A DNA stretch of 58,480 bases, taken from Gemmatimonadales bacterium (GTDB lineage: Bacteria; Gemmatimonadota; Gemmatimonadetes; Gemmatimonadales; GWC2-71-9). The notes under the pieces were generated by a model, which searched no databases, had not been told where the DNA came from, and saw only the letters and a list, made by a program, of their open reading frames with translations. The stretch lies in the NCBI GenBank assembly GCA_041576235.1, contig JBFGLJ010000001.1, positions 1 to 58,480 on the forward strand, in the 5' to 3' direction. Made by a program: the position numbers and the translations under genes. Position 1 is the stretch's first letter, and every line of letters begins with the position of its first letter. This document shows, in pieces, positions 9,756 to 18,900 of the stretch.

Positions 9756-9825
9756 TCTTCCAGGGAAACGCCGAACGGATTGAATACGCACAGAGACCCT
9801 CGGTGATGCGGGTGTGGGGTTGAGG

Positions 9826-10659
9826 CTAGCGGTCGGAGAACTTGGTGAGCGTCTTCTGCCCTCCCTTGAAGCCTTCGACGATCGTCTCCTGGAATGGCCG
9901 GGAGGCCGACTGGGCCGAGACCCGCGGACGCGGCCGCGACGCGCGCGGCCCGACCCGGAGCAGATTGCTGGCTTGCACGCCCTGGGTGACCACAGTTGTG
10001 GTGTCGAGGGTGTTCCGCAGGGCCATTTGAATGCGGCCCTGGTTGGCCGCGAGGGCAAGCGTCTCGGCGTCCTCAGGGGACACCAGCACCGTGATGACCG
10101 TGACCGATTGGGGCTTCCCCTCGGCGTCGGTCTGGATCGACTGTCCGGCCGCAAGCGCCTGGATGTTCTGGAGGATGACCCGGGTGGTCGACCCTCCTTC
10201 GCCCCGATTCATGGTCAGCAACACATCGACCCGGGTGCCGGGGATGACGAAGCCGGCAACGCCTACCACTTCGTCCACGCGCACACTCAGGGCGCGCATC
10301 CCGTCGTTGATGATCATCGGGAGGCCGCCGCCACTGCCCTTGGGCGCCAGTTTCCCTTCCAATAAGGGCTCGTTGACTTTGACCGAGGTGATGACTCCGC
10401 GCCCCACCGCCTCTTCGACCGAGCCGAGAAACCCTGGCGGCATCACCTCGCCCGGCCACTCGATGGTCTGGACGTCACGTTCGGTCACGATCGACCCGAC
10501 CGGCATGTCACGAAGCGCCAGCACCACGCGGCCCTTGGGCGGCTCCGCCGAGAGCAGCGGGGTGGTTTGCTGGCGGATGTACGCCAGGGCCAGATACGCC
10601 GCGGCCACGCCAAAGCCCAGGGCGAGGACCAGCAGGAGCCACGGTTGCGGTCGTTTCAT
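9826..10659 (-). CDS. cpaB: Flp pilus assembly protein CpaB/RcpC
   Basis: 277 aa. N-terminal TM anchor MKRPQPWLLLVLALGFGVAAAYLA, then a SAF-like plus RcpC-like beta-rich region. Located between tadE and the secretin. Confidence 0.85.
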   Translation of the reverse strand: MKRPQPWLLLVLALGFGVAAAYLALAYIRQQTTPLLSAEPPKGRVVLALRDMPVGSIVTERDVQTIEWPGEVMPPGFLGSVEEAVGRGVITSVKVNEPLLEGKLAPKGSGGGLPMIINDGMRALSVRVDEVVGVAGFVIPGTRVDVLLTMNRGEGGSTTRVILQNIQALAAGQSIQTDAEGKPQSVTVITVLVSPEDAETLALAANQGRIQMALRNTLDTTTVVTQGVQASNLLRVGPRASRPRPRVSAQSASRPFQETIVEGFKGGQKTLTKFSDR

Positions 10660-10668
10660 GGAACGGCC

Positions 10669-11100
10669 CTAGCCTTCATTCCGCATGGTGAATTCCGTTG
10701 CCAACGTCACGACGCCGCCCGGGCTGGCCGAGGCGAGCGCGATGAGGGTGGAGAGGAACCGAAACTGGTACGGGTAGGTGATCCGAACGACCGTGAGATT
10801 CCCGGCGCCCGTCTTGAACCCGTTCGGGAACGTGATGGTGGCGGCCGCCGAGTCCAACGCTGCCCGGGCCATGGCGTTCTTGATGGTGAACTCCACATCC
10901 GCTTGCGTCACCGCGGGATCGAACACCACCGCTTGGCGGCAGCCCTCGCGGGCGGCATCGGTGAGCACCTGTTGCGAATTCCAGGCCCGCCCAAACTCGA
11001 TGACCCCGATCAGCATCAAGAGCAGAACCGGGACCACCAAGGCGAATTCGGCCAGGGCCTGCCCGGACTCCGAGCGACTCAATCGGCGGCGTAGGTTCAT
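10669..11100 (-). CDS. tadE: TadE-like pseudopilin
   Basis: Start set at the ATG at 11100 because of the ATGA overlap with the cpaA stop (plus strand reads tcat at 11097-11100). The N-terminus MNLRRRLSRSESGQALAEFALVVPVLLLML is a TadE-type prepilin-like leader. Confidence 0.8.
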   Translation of the reverse strand: MNLRRRLSRSESGQALAEFALVVPVLLLMLIGVIEFGRAWNSQQVLTDAAREGCRQAVVFDPAVTQADVEFTIKNAMARAALDSAAATITFPNGFKTGAGNLTVVRITYPYQFRFLSTLIALASASPGGVVTLATEFTMRNEG

Positions 11101-11618
11101 AAGAGCTTCCCTCCAAAAAACCACCAGATGATCGACCCGATTGCCATGGGCACCGCGTACGGGATCGCCGCGGCACCAGGCGAAGATAACGTCGGTCTCG
11201 AGCCGGCGCGGCCCAGGGTGACCAGGTGCACCAACAGTTTCCCCGAGTTGCGCAAGACGCGGACCAGAACCCCGCGCCTGAGCGCATCCCCGACGGCCAG
11301 CACCCCCCCAACCACTCCAATCACCAGCAGCGCTCCGAGCAAGTGGCTCGCCCCGAGGAACGCTCCCAGTGCAATCAAGAGCTTGGCATCACCCCCGCCT
11401 ACAGCCCCCAAAGCAAAGAACGGTATTCCAAGGAGGAAGGCGAAGCCTGCTCCCCAGAACCCGTCCAGGATCGCCTCGAACCCGAATGGGACCCGAAGCG
11501 CGAGCGCAACAAGCAGTCCTGCTAGCGTGAGCGCATTGGGGATGCGCCGAGTTCGAAGGTCAAACCACCCGGCGGCAAGGGCCACGGCGACGAACACAAT
11601 GTCGAAGACCAATTGCAC
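11097..11618 (-). CDS. cpaA: prepilin peptidase CpaA/TadV (A24 family aspartic peptidase)
   Basis: 173 aa polytopic protein. WFDLRTRRIPN and GGGDAKLL motifs carry the two catalytic Asp. Confidence 0.85.
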   Translation of the reverse strand: MQLVFDIVFVAVALAAGWFDLRTRRIPNALTLAGLLVALALRVPFGFEAILDGFWGAGFAFLLGIPFFALGAVGGGDAKLLIALGAFLGASHLLGALLVIGVVGGVLAVGDALRRGVLVRVLRNSGKLLVHLVTLGRAGSRPTLSSPGAAAIPYAVPMAIGSIIWWFFGGKLL

Positions 11619-11640
11619 CAGCCGCCTCGGGCTCCCTCCA

Positions 11641-11678
11641 GCAGAAACCGCAAAGGGCCGGGCGCAGGCGCCCGGCCC
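11641..11678 (-). terminator. intrinsic terminator/attenuator just downstream of flp
   Basis: On the minus strand: GGGCCGGGCG-CCTG-CGCCCGGCCC (10-bp GC stem, 4-nt loop) followed by TTTGCGGTTTCTG. It begins about 17 nt after the flp stop. Confidence 0.6.
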
Positions 11679-11694
11679 TGTTGCGGCCTACCGA

Positions 11695-11889
11695 CTACGG
11701 GTTGTACGCTGGCGAATTCGGCGCCGCGTTCAGCGCGTTGGTCGCCGAGGTGAAGACGTCCCCGATGGCGTTCCGGAACAGCACCAGCGTCGCGATGAGC
11801 GCGACCGACACGAGCGCGATGATCAAGGCGTACTCGGTCAAGCCTTGCCCGGACTCATCCGCGAGGAAACGGGTGAGCAGGTTCTGCAT
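11695..11889 (-). CDS. flp: Flp family type IVb pilin
   Basis: 64 aa. Flp motif G/QGLTEYALI (G-X4-EY), hydrophobic stretch IIALVSVALIATLVLF. Strong SD GGAGGAGG 4 nt upstream of the ATG. Confidence 0.9.
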   Translation of the reverse strand: MQNLLTRFLADESGQGLTEYALIIALVSVALIATLVLFRNAIGDVFTSATNALNAAPNSPAYNP

Positions 11890-12142
11890 GTGAGCCTCCT
11901 CCTGAGTGGTACGGATAACGACCCTGCATGTGGAAAACGAGTGTCAGGGGGGCAATCATACGTCCGCACCTCGGCGTATGCCTCGTGAACGGTCCGGGAA
12001 GCGGCCCTCCTGCTTCGAGCGCGAAAGTACGGCGCAATCGGCATGCCCGCAAGGGGGGCTCGGGGCGATTCTGTAACATGTTGCTATATAATAATTTAGG
12101 CAGTTCTCTCTGGATGGGGAGCGGCCTCCCTGTGTCGCGCCG

Positions 12143-13879
12143 GTGCGGCAAGGTCGTGTGGCCAGCGTCACAGATTTGGCGGAATCAGGATTACCCCCCA
12201 CCCCCGAACTGCTGGGCACCCCATTTGCGAGAGAAGGCCTACCTTTGTCAGGCCACAGCGTCCGATGCCCTCACCGGGAGCCGACCATCCAGCCCGAACC
12301 CGCGCCCAAGAAGTCGATCCAGCCGGCCATCTTCGACCTCGTGTTTCTCACGTGGGCGGTGGTCATTCCGCTGGTGTTCCCTGGGCGTCTCATCAACAGC
12401 GACGGGGACCTGGCGCGTCACCTCCGCCTCGGGAGCCACATGCTCGACCACCGCGCCTTCATCCGCGAGGACTTCTTCTCGTGGTCCAAGGCCGGTGAGC
12501 CCTTCGTCGCGTTCGAATGGTTGAGTGAGATCATCTATGCCACGGTGCACCGGCTGAGCGGACTGGCCGGAATCGCCATCTTCGCCGGCCTGTTGCTCGC
12601 GTTCACCTATGCGCTGCTGGTCCGGTTCCTCCTCCGCCGCGACGTCGACCCGATGTTGGCCTATTTGGTTGGAATGCTGGCAGCCATTGTCGGCGCTATC
12701 CACTGGCTGGCCCGTCCCCATCTGGTCACCTTCTTGGCCGTCGTGCTCCTGTTATCCCTGCTCGAGCGCCGGAGCCCGGCCAAGCTCTGGCTCTATGGGC
12801 TCCTCTTCGCCATATGGGCCAACCTCCACGGCGGGTTTCTGTTCGGACTGGTGCTCATCGGCATCTATTTCGCCGGATCGCTCGCCGAAGCGCTCACGGC
12901 CGAAGAGCCCGAACCATGGCGCGAGCGTGTCCGGCACTATGGTTTGGCGCTGGTGATCGGCACCGCGGCAACGGTGCTCAACCCAAACGGCATCGGGCTC
13001 CTGACGCACGTCGTGACGTTCATGGGCGAAGACTTCCTGCACGACGTCACCAACGAGTTCATGTCGCCCAATTTCCATCTCCTGAGTGGAAAGATCTTCT
13101 TGTTCGCGCTGGTGCTGGTCATGGCCGGGTTGGGCTTGAGCCGGCGGCGGCCGATCTACCCGCGTCTATTCATGATCCTGGCCAATGTGGCCTTTGCCCT
13201 CTTGGCCATGCGGAACATCGCCATCTTCGGGCTCACTGTTCTCCCGGTCCTGGCCTTGCACATCGACCCGGAGTGGCGCCGCCTCAGGGACATCGGGGGC
13301 GTGCGCGCCGTGTTCGCGCGCGACGAGGCCCGCCGCACCCCAGGGCGGTGGGCGGCGGGGCTCGCCGTCGTGTTGGTCCTCCTTGGCCTCAACCGCGGCT
13401 CGGTCGGTCCCGTCCAAGTCGTGCCCGATACCTTCGACGAGCGGATCTTTCCCGTCGAGGCCGTCGAGCTGGCCCGGGCCGAGGGGATCGAGGGCAACAT
13501 GTTCCACGAGTTCATCTGGGGTGGCTACCTGCTGCTCCAGTGGCCGGAGCAAAAGGTCTTCATCGACGGCGGCACCGACTACTACGGCACGGAGCTCTAC
13601 CGCGAGGCGATCGACATCATCACCCTCAAGCCGGGGTGGCGCGACAAGCTGGCTCAACGGGATGTCTCGGTGGTGTTGGTGCCCACGGTGTCGGTGCTGG
13701 GCCACGAACTGATTCGGGATCCTGAGTGGCGGGTCCATTATTGCGATACCACCGCGGCGATTCTGCTCCGCGGGCGCCGCGCGGGCCCGCCCGCCGAGGC
13801 CCCCGCGACCACCGACCGCGAGACGCTATGGGCCTGCTACCAGGCGACCCTCGCCCGAGACCAGCGGGACGCGACATGA
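12143..13879 (+). CDS. large polytopic membrane protein, family not recognised (possible GT-C/O-antigen-ligase-like transferase)
   Basis: 578 aa in the longest-ORF form (GTG start, so the true start is uncertain). At least 10 predicted TM helices, a WANLHGGFLFG loop, and a C-terminal soluble domain. ATGA overlap with the next gene. Confidence 0.65.
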   Translation: MRQGRVASVTDLAESGLPPTPELLGTPFAREGLPLSGHSVRCPHREPTIQPEPAPKKSIQPAIFDLVFLTWAVVIPLVFPGRLINSDGDLARHLRLGSHMLDHRAFIREDFFSWSKAGEPFVAFEWLSEIIYATVHRLSGLAGIAIFAGLLLAFTYALLVRFLLRRDVDPMLAYLVGMLAAIVGAIHWLARPHLVTFLAVVLLLSLLERRSPAKLWLYGLLFAIWANLHGGFLFGLVLIGIYFAGSLAEALTAEEPEPWRERVRHYGLALVIGTAATVLNPNGIGLLTHVVTFMGEDFLHDVTNEFMSPNFHLLSGKIFLFALVLVMAGLGLSRRRPIYPRLFMILANVAFALLAMRNIAIFGLTVLPVLALHIDPEWRRLRDIGGVRAVFARDEARRTPGRWAAGLAVVLVLLGLNRGSVGPVQVVPDTFDERIFPVEAVELARAEGIEGNMFHEFIWGGYLLLQWPEQKVFIDGGTDYYGTELYREAIDIITLKPGWRDKLAQRDVSVVLVPTVSVLGHELIRDPEWRVHYCDTTAAILLRGRRAGPPAEAPATTDRETLWACYQATLARDQRDAT

Positions 13880-14580
13880 GCCAGCCCGAGGTGGAGTTGG
13901 TCCGCGCCGACACGGCCCCCGAAGACGTCACGTCCGCGCCCCGGGCCCGGCATCACTGGTCAGACTGGGCCGGCTTCGTCCTCAATCTGGGGATGGCGGT
14001 CTTCATCCTGGCCCGCTCCTGGCGGCTCGGCATCTTCATACTGCCCGGCCTCTGGTATGAGCTCATGGTGGCGGCGTCGTTTCTCATCCGCCGCCCGGCC
14101 GTGCGGAAACTGACCGGATGGCTTCCCCGCGTCGCCACCTACGGCGGCAGCCTGCTCATGCTGGCCGTCCTGCAACTGGCGGTGATCTGGTTCCCGGATT
14201 GGGCCACGGCCTCGTCCACCGCGTCCCTCCGCATCGGCGGCTCATTGATTTGGCTGCTCGGGACCCTCATCGGCATCTGGCCGTTGTGGTATCTCCGCAA
14301 ATCATTCAGCTTGGAGCCGCAGGCGCGGAACCTGGTAACGACCGGCCCGTATCGCATCGTCCGGCACCCGATCTACGCCATGTACACGCTCAACTACCTG
14401 GGACTCTGGATCTCCCATCTCACCGTCCCGCTCGGGATTGCCCTTGGGGTGTGGTTTGGACTGACGCTCTTGCGCATTCATTACGAGGAGAAAGTACTGA
14501 CCCAAGCGTTCCCCGCCTACGCCGACTATCGCGACCGGGTTGGCGCCCTCCTACCTCGCATCTTTCGGGCGAGCTCCTAA
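13876..14580 (+). CDS. isoprenylcysteine carboxyl methyltransferase (ICMT)/phospholipid methyltransferase family membrane protein
   Basis: Start set at the ATG at 13876 (ATGA overlap with the upstream stop). C-terminal motif TGPYRIVRHPIYAMYTLNYLG...IHYEEKVL..FPAYADYRDRV is typical of the ICMT/PEMT family. Confidence 0.8.
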   Translation: MSQPEVELVRADTAPEDVTSAPRARHHWSDWAGFVLNLGMAVFILARSWRLGIFILPGLWYELMVAASFLIRRPAVRKLTGWLPRVATYGGSLLMLAVLQLAVIWFPDWATASSTASLRIGGSLIWLLGTLIGIWPLWYLRKSFSLEPQARNLVTTGPYRIVRHPIYAMYTLNYLGLWISHLTVPLGIALGVWFGLTLLRIHYEEKVLTQAFPAYADYRDRVGALLPRIFRASS

Positions 14581-14591
14581 GCGGGCGGCCC

Positions 14592-15335
14592 ATGGACGAG
14601 AGTCTCTACTGGAAGTTTCTCGAACTGGAGCGATCCCACTGGTGGTTCGTGGCGCGGCGGGAGATCCTCATGGCCCTCGCCAACCACTACCTGCCGGCCA
14701 AGGGTCGCATTCTCGACGTCGGCTGCGCCACCGGGTTCTTCATCGAAGCCGCCCGCGAGCACTTCGATGCCTGGGGCATCGACCCGTCGCCCACCGCCGT
14801 ATCCATCTGCCAAGAGCGCGGCCTCACCCAGGTCGTCCAGGGATCCACCGATGACCTCTCGGCGGTGGCGGACAAGCGGTTCGACGCGGTGGGCTTCTTC
14901 GATGTCATCGAACATGTCGAGGACGACCTCGGCGCGCTGCAGCACGCCCGCACGGTCCTCACGGATCGGGGCCTCGTGATGATCACCGTGCCGGCGTTCA
15001 TGTGGCTCTGGTCCGAGCACGATGTCATCAACGAACACAAGCGGCGTTACGTCAAAGCGGAACTGGGCCAGCTCCTCGAGCGGTCAGGGTTCGCGATCGA
15101 GCAGCTGACGTACTTCAATTCCTTCCTGTTCCCCTCGGCCGTGCTGGCCCGACTCGGTCGCCGGCTCATCCGGAGTGTGGGCAAGGCCGATCTCAGCATG
15201 CCGCCGCCGTGGATGAACCGCCTCATGACCAGGATCTTCGCCAGCGAGCGCCGGCGACTGGTCCCCAATTCCCACCCCCGCGGTTTCCCAACTGGACTCT
15301 CCGTCCTCGCCATCGCGAGAAAGCGCCCGTCCTAG
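14592..15335 (+). CDS. class I SAM-dependent methyltransferase
   Basis: Start set at the ATG at 14592 (MDESLYWKFLELERSHWWF...). SAM motif I ILDVGCATGFF, acidic post-I GIDPS, and FDAVGFFDVIEHV. Confidence 0.8.
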   Translation: MDESLYWKFLELERSHWWFVARREILMALANHYLPAKGRILDVGCATGFFIEAAREHFDAWGIDPSPTAVSICQERGLTQVVQGSTDDLSAVADKRFDAVGFFDVIEHVEDDLGALQHARTVLTDRGLVMITVPAFMWLWSEHDVINEHKRRYVKAELGQLLERSGFAIEQLTYFNSFLFPSAVLARLGRRLIRSVGKADLSMPPPWMNRLMTRIFASERRRLVPNSHPRGFPTGLSVLAIARKRPS

Positions 15336-17086
15336 GCCGGCGCGCGGCCGCGGTGCCAGCCGGTGGCGATCGCGATCCCCCCGACGCCGATCAGCACGAG
15401 GAGTTGCAGCAGCTCGACCGGGTCGGCCAAGGTGAACCGGAAGCCCGCCCGGGGCACCGGAGCCAGATCACCCTGGGCATGATGCGGCGGCCGGCCTGGC
15501 CCTCCGGCGAAACCGGCGTCACGCTCGTAGACATCATGGAGACCGACCGTCGTCAGGTACCGGTACCCCGTGAGGGCCTCGGCAAACCGAGCATCTCGTT
15601 GGAAATAGGCCAGGTAATCCAGCCGCCGGTCGCCGTTGTCGGGGACATCACGCGCGGTAGACAGGACAAGCAGGAGCCGCGGACGCGACCGCACGACGTC
15701 GTCGACCACCGCGTCGATGAAGTTCTGCTCCAAGGCAGAGGCTCGGTCGATGGCGCGATACTGGAGGGGGGCGGGCCTCCCGAAGTCCTCGGCGTAGAGC
15801 ACCCAGAGAATCCAGAGGCTCGGGAAGCGGAGCGGCCACTCGGCGCCCGCATAGGGAACCAACGGCCACGCGGACCGCATGTTGTAGGACAACACTGCGA
15901 CCGGTTCTCCGGCGGCGCGCTGATGCACCAGGTCCGCCAGGTCCCAGAATCCACTGTGCAGCTCCACCTGCCCGCCACGAGGCTCCATGGCGCGCCAGCC
16001 GGCGGCCACGCTGGCCCCCACGATCGCCGCAACCAGCACCGCCAAGGCCACGGTGCCATAGAGGCGCTCGGCCAGCGAGCGGAGCGGGCGAACGAGGCTG
16101 GCGACAAGGACGCCGAGGAGCATGATGGAACACGCAGAGGCCGGATAGAAGTGATAGTTCCAACCCTTCTGTTGAATCGTGGCGACGAGGAGAAGCCCAA
16201 GAACCGAGACGGCGAGCCCGGTGGAGAGGCCAGGCCGCGAGGAGGCCTTTCGGAGAGCGAGGTATGCCAGGAGGGCAACGAGCGGAAGTCGCGACCCCTC
16301 GCCGAAGAGCAGGGTGACGAGGAACGAGTTCCTGAGAAACGCCAAGTAGGCGCCCCCCATGTCTCGAACCAAGGTGAGATACTGGGGAGTCAGGACAAGA
16401 ACGGCTCCGGCATAGGCGATCAAGACGCCCAGGACCCAGGCATTCTCGATCCGCACTCTGGGCCGGCTCCGGTGCGCCACAGCCAGCCACCCTTCGAGTG
16501 CCACCCACAACACAACGAACTGTGGTTTGAGGGCGACACCGAACCCGGCCATGACCCCAACCACATGCAACGCCCAGCCTGCCGGAGAGTGGTTCATCCG
16601 CCTGGCAATGATCACGAAGATGTAGGGCAGGACCAACGCGAGCATCAGGTGCTCGCGCTCGCTGAACACCTCGCCCGGGGCCAGGAACAGCGCCACCGCA
16701 GCGAGCACCGTGACCCAGCGACGCCATGCCCGCTCACCAGGGAGCAGCACGCGAAGCCCGAGCTGCAACGCCACGAGCGAGAGGACGAGGATGAGGCCCA
16801 TGACGATTCGGAACACCAGGATGTCCGGAAGGCCCAGGCCGCGGGCCAGCAGGATGGCTGGGAAGTTGAAGGCCACAATGAGCGGTGGGTTGATCTCAAC
16901 AACGTCGACGTAGAGCCTGGCCCCGTCGAGCACCCGTGCCGCCGCATAGAGCAAGAACGCGTTGTCAGGGTCTGGAGGCGCCACGAATTCCGAGGCGAGA
17001 CCGACAATGACACACGTCAAGACGAGCAGACCGAACACCACCGGTCTCTCGAGCACGGCCATTCGCCCGATCGCCCTGACGTTCAT
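15332..17086 (-). CDS. large polytopic membrane protein, paralog 1 (GT-C-like architecture; family not recognised)
   Basis: 584 aa. About 11 TMs, a soluble domain, and a C-terminal TM. Long blocks are shared with 18893-20788 (YVDxxEINPPLxVAxNFPAIL, EREHLxLALVLPY, ALKPQFVxLWVALE, RFPSLW, DYLAY, YRYLT). ATGA overlap with the upstream sulfatase-like gene. Confidence 0.7.
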   Translation of the reverse strand: MNVRAIGRMAVLERPVVFGLLVLTCVIVGLASEFVAPPDPDNAFLLYAAARVLDGARLYVDVVEINPPLIVAFNFPAILLARGLGLPDILVFRIVMGLILVLSLVALQLGLRVLLPGERAWRRWVTVLAAVALFLAPGEVFSEREHLMLALVLPYIFVIIARRMNHSPAGWALHVVGVMAGFGVALKPQFVVLWVALEGWLAVAHRSRPRVRIENAWVLGVLIAYAGAVLVLTPQYLTLVRDMGGAYLAFLRNSFLVTLLFGEGSRLPLVALLAYLALRKASSRPGLSTGLAVSVLGLLLVATIQQKGWNYHFYPASACSIMLLGVLVASLVRPLRSLAERLYGTVALAVLVAAIVGASVAAGWRAMEPRGGQVELHSGFWDLADLVHQRAAGEPVAVLSYNMRSAWPLVPYAGAEWPLRFPSLWILWVLYAEDFGRPAPLQYRAIDRASALEQNFIDAVVDDVVRSRPRLLLVLSTARDVPDNGDRRLDYLAYFQRDARFAEALTGYRYLTTVGLHDVYERDAGFAGGPGRPPHHAQGDLAPVPRAGFRFTLADPVELLQLLVLIGVGGIAIATGWHRGRAPA

Positions 17087-18900
17087 CGAGCAGGTGCGAG
17101 CAGCGCCGTCAAGTCAGCCCGAAAGCGTTCGAGGACCGGCCCAAACCGCGCGCTGTCCGCCGCCTCCGCGAGATTGGTTTCTTCCGATGGGTCACTCACA
17201 TACTCGTAGAGCTCCTCCGCCCCGTCTCCGTTCAGAATGTAGTGCATGCGCTCGTTGAGGAGCGATTTCATCGGCCCGCGGCTCACGGGTTGGCTCGGAG
17301 GCAGGTTGTGACCCTGCCGGACTTCGGAAAGCAGCGGGGTCTCGCCCAGGGCCGTCCCCCGCCAATGGCGCGCCAGACTTGCGCCTGGGAATGGAGCCGC
17401 CTGGTCGATGCCCACCACGTCCAGCACCGTCGCCGGCAGGTCCCGGAGGGTCACCGGCTGCGTGACGCGCATCCCGGAGACCGACGACCCTGGGAGGAGC
17501 ATCACCAGTGGAACGTGAAGGAGTTCCAAGTAGAGACTGTTCCCATGTTCGTAGAGGCCGTGCTCGCCGAAGAGCTCGCCGTGATCGGAGGCGATGACGA
17601 CGAGGGTGTTGCGGAGCCGTCCGCGGCGCTGGAGTTCACCAAGGAGATGGTCGACCTGCGCGTCCAAGTAGGCGATGGACGCGTCATAGTAGTTCTCGAG
17701 TTCGCTCCCCTCGGTAAACTGCTCGCGAATCGCGTGCGGTGAATAGTACGGCTGGTGAGCGTCCATGTAATTCAAAAATGCAAAGAACGGCCGCTCGCCC
17801 GTCGCGGGCAACCACCCGAGAAACTCTCCATTCACATCGGCCGCGTGCTTGGGATGATAGCCTTGCATCGGAAACACCGACCAGTCGAACGCTCGGACCG
17901 CGTCCCAGATGTCCCCGAGCGACGCGCTGGCCGCCAGGGCCTGCACGATCCTGGTGTTGGCCAATTGAGCGCTGAAGGACACCTGCGTCATCGACAGACG
18001 GTAGTCGCGGAAGAAGTGGAAGCCGCGGGCCATTCCCGCGCGGGCACTGGTGTAATGCACGTTGGCGGTAAAGCCGCCGGTCAGATAGCCGTGCGCACCC
18101 AGCACCTCGGCGAGAGTGGGGTACGTGTCGTCCAACGCCGAGAACCAATCGGCGCTGAGTTCGTGAGGGAAACGTCCGGTGAACATGCTGCCGTGCGAGG
18201 GGAGGGTCCACGGCGAGGTCGAGATGGCCCAGTCGAACACCACGCCCTGGCTCGCCATCCGTTCGAGCGTCGGAGTCGTCGGGTGGGGGTGGCCATAGAG
18301 GCCGAGGCTCGTCGCCCGGACCGTATCCCAAATGATGATGAGGACGTTGGGTCGCCCGGCCGCGGCGGCCGGGAGCCCAGCCACCGCCCGCCGTTCCCGC
18401 GCCCCCTCCCAGGCCCGGACGCCCAGCATCGTCGCCGCCAGGACGGCCGCCGCCACGGCGGTAACCCGGGGCAAGAGGACATTGAGCCGCTCCACGCGGC
18501 CCGGCCCCGCCAGGACCCGGCTCGTCTGCACCGCAACCCCCAGGGCCACGAGGAGCGCCGCCAGCCGGTGGATCTGCGTGAAGGGCAGGAACAAGCAGAA
18601 CACCCCGAAGCCGATGCAGCAGACGGTGCGCACCCGGTAGGTCACCACACGCGGCGCCAGCATCGCACCCAGAAAGAGGAGGATGCCCAGCACATTGAAG
18701 AGCAGAGCATACGCCGCCGGCGCCATCCACACGACGTGCCGGCTGGCGAAGATCATCCGGCCGAAGACCGCCTCGCGGAGGAGGAGAATCACAACCTCCG
18801 CCACCCCCGTCGCGATGCCGCACACGATGGCAAACAGGATGTAGTCTGCGGCCAACCGGACGAGCCGTCGCGACGGGCCGCGTGGCGAGGCCTCAGCCAC
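17083..18900 (-). CDS. membrane-anchored sulfatase-like (alkaline-phosphatase superfamily) hydrolase/transferase
   Basis: 605 aa. Roughly 4-5 N-terminal TMs, then NVLIIIWDTVRATSLGLYGH...SPWTLPSHGSMFTGR...VIASDHGELFGEHG. Thr sits where fGly-sulfatases have the C/S-x-P-x-R motif. Confidence 0.8.
   Translation of the reverse strand: MAEASPRGPSRRLVRLAADYILFAIVCGIATGVAEVVILLLREAVFGRMIFASRHVVWMAPAAYALLFNVLGILLFLGAMLAPRVVTYRVRTVCCIGFGVFCLFLPFTQIHRLAALLVALGVAVQTSRVLAGPGRVERLNVLLPRVTAVAAAVLAATMLGVRAWEGARERRAVAGLPAAAAGRPNVLIIIWDTVRATSLGLYGHPHPTTPTLERMASQGVVFDWAISTSPWTLPSHGSMFTGRFPHELSADWFSALDDTYPTLAEVLGAHGYLTGGFTANVHYTSARAGMARGFHFFRDYRLSMTQVSFSAQLANTRIVQALAASASLGDIWDAVRAFDWSVFPMQGYHPKHAADVNGEFLGWLPATGERPFFAFLNYMDAHQPYYSPHAIREQFTEGSELENYYDASIAYLDAQVDHLLGELQRRGRLRNTLVVIASDHGELFGEHGLYEHGNSLYLELLHVPLVMLLPGSSVSGMRVTQPVTLRDLPATVLDVVGIDQAAPFPGASLARHWRGTALGETPLLSEVRQGHNLPPSQPVSRGPMKSLLNERMHYILNGDGAEELYEYVSDPSEETNLAEAADSARFGPVLERFRADLTALLAPAR

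Noticed and set aside
8487-10154. 555-aa version of the secretin ORF
   Set aside because: The first 133 codons are Arg/Ser/Pro-rich and overlap the cpaB 3' end. An internal ATG at 9755 gives a clean signal peptide, so the short form was adopted.
12146-12166. Sigma54-like TGGCC-N-TTGC on the minus strand upstream of flp
   Set aside because: The GG-to-GC spacing is two nucleotides too long for the -24/-12 consensus, and the site lies about 270 nt from flp.
15002-17209. 735-aa ORF on the plus strand
   Set aside because: It is antisense to membrane-protein paralog 1. The product is His/Arg/Asp/Gly-rich with no TM or domain pattern, whereas the minus-strand product has coherent TM helices and a paralog.
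17083-18900. Calling the two PF00884-like proteins true sulfatases
   Set aside because: The formylglycine motif C/S-x-P-x-R is replaced by T-V-R-A. Thr-nucleophile members of this superfamily are usually transferases or phosphoesterases, so only a 'sulfatase-like' call is justified.
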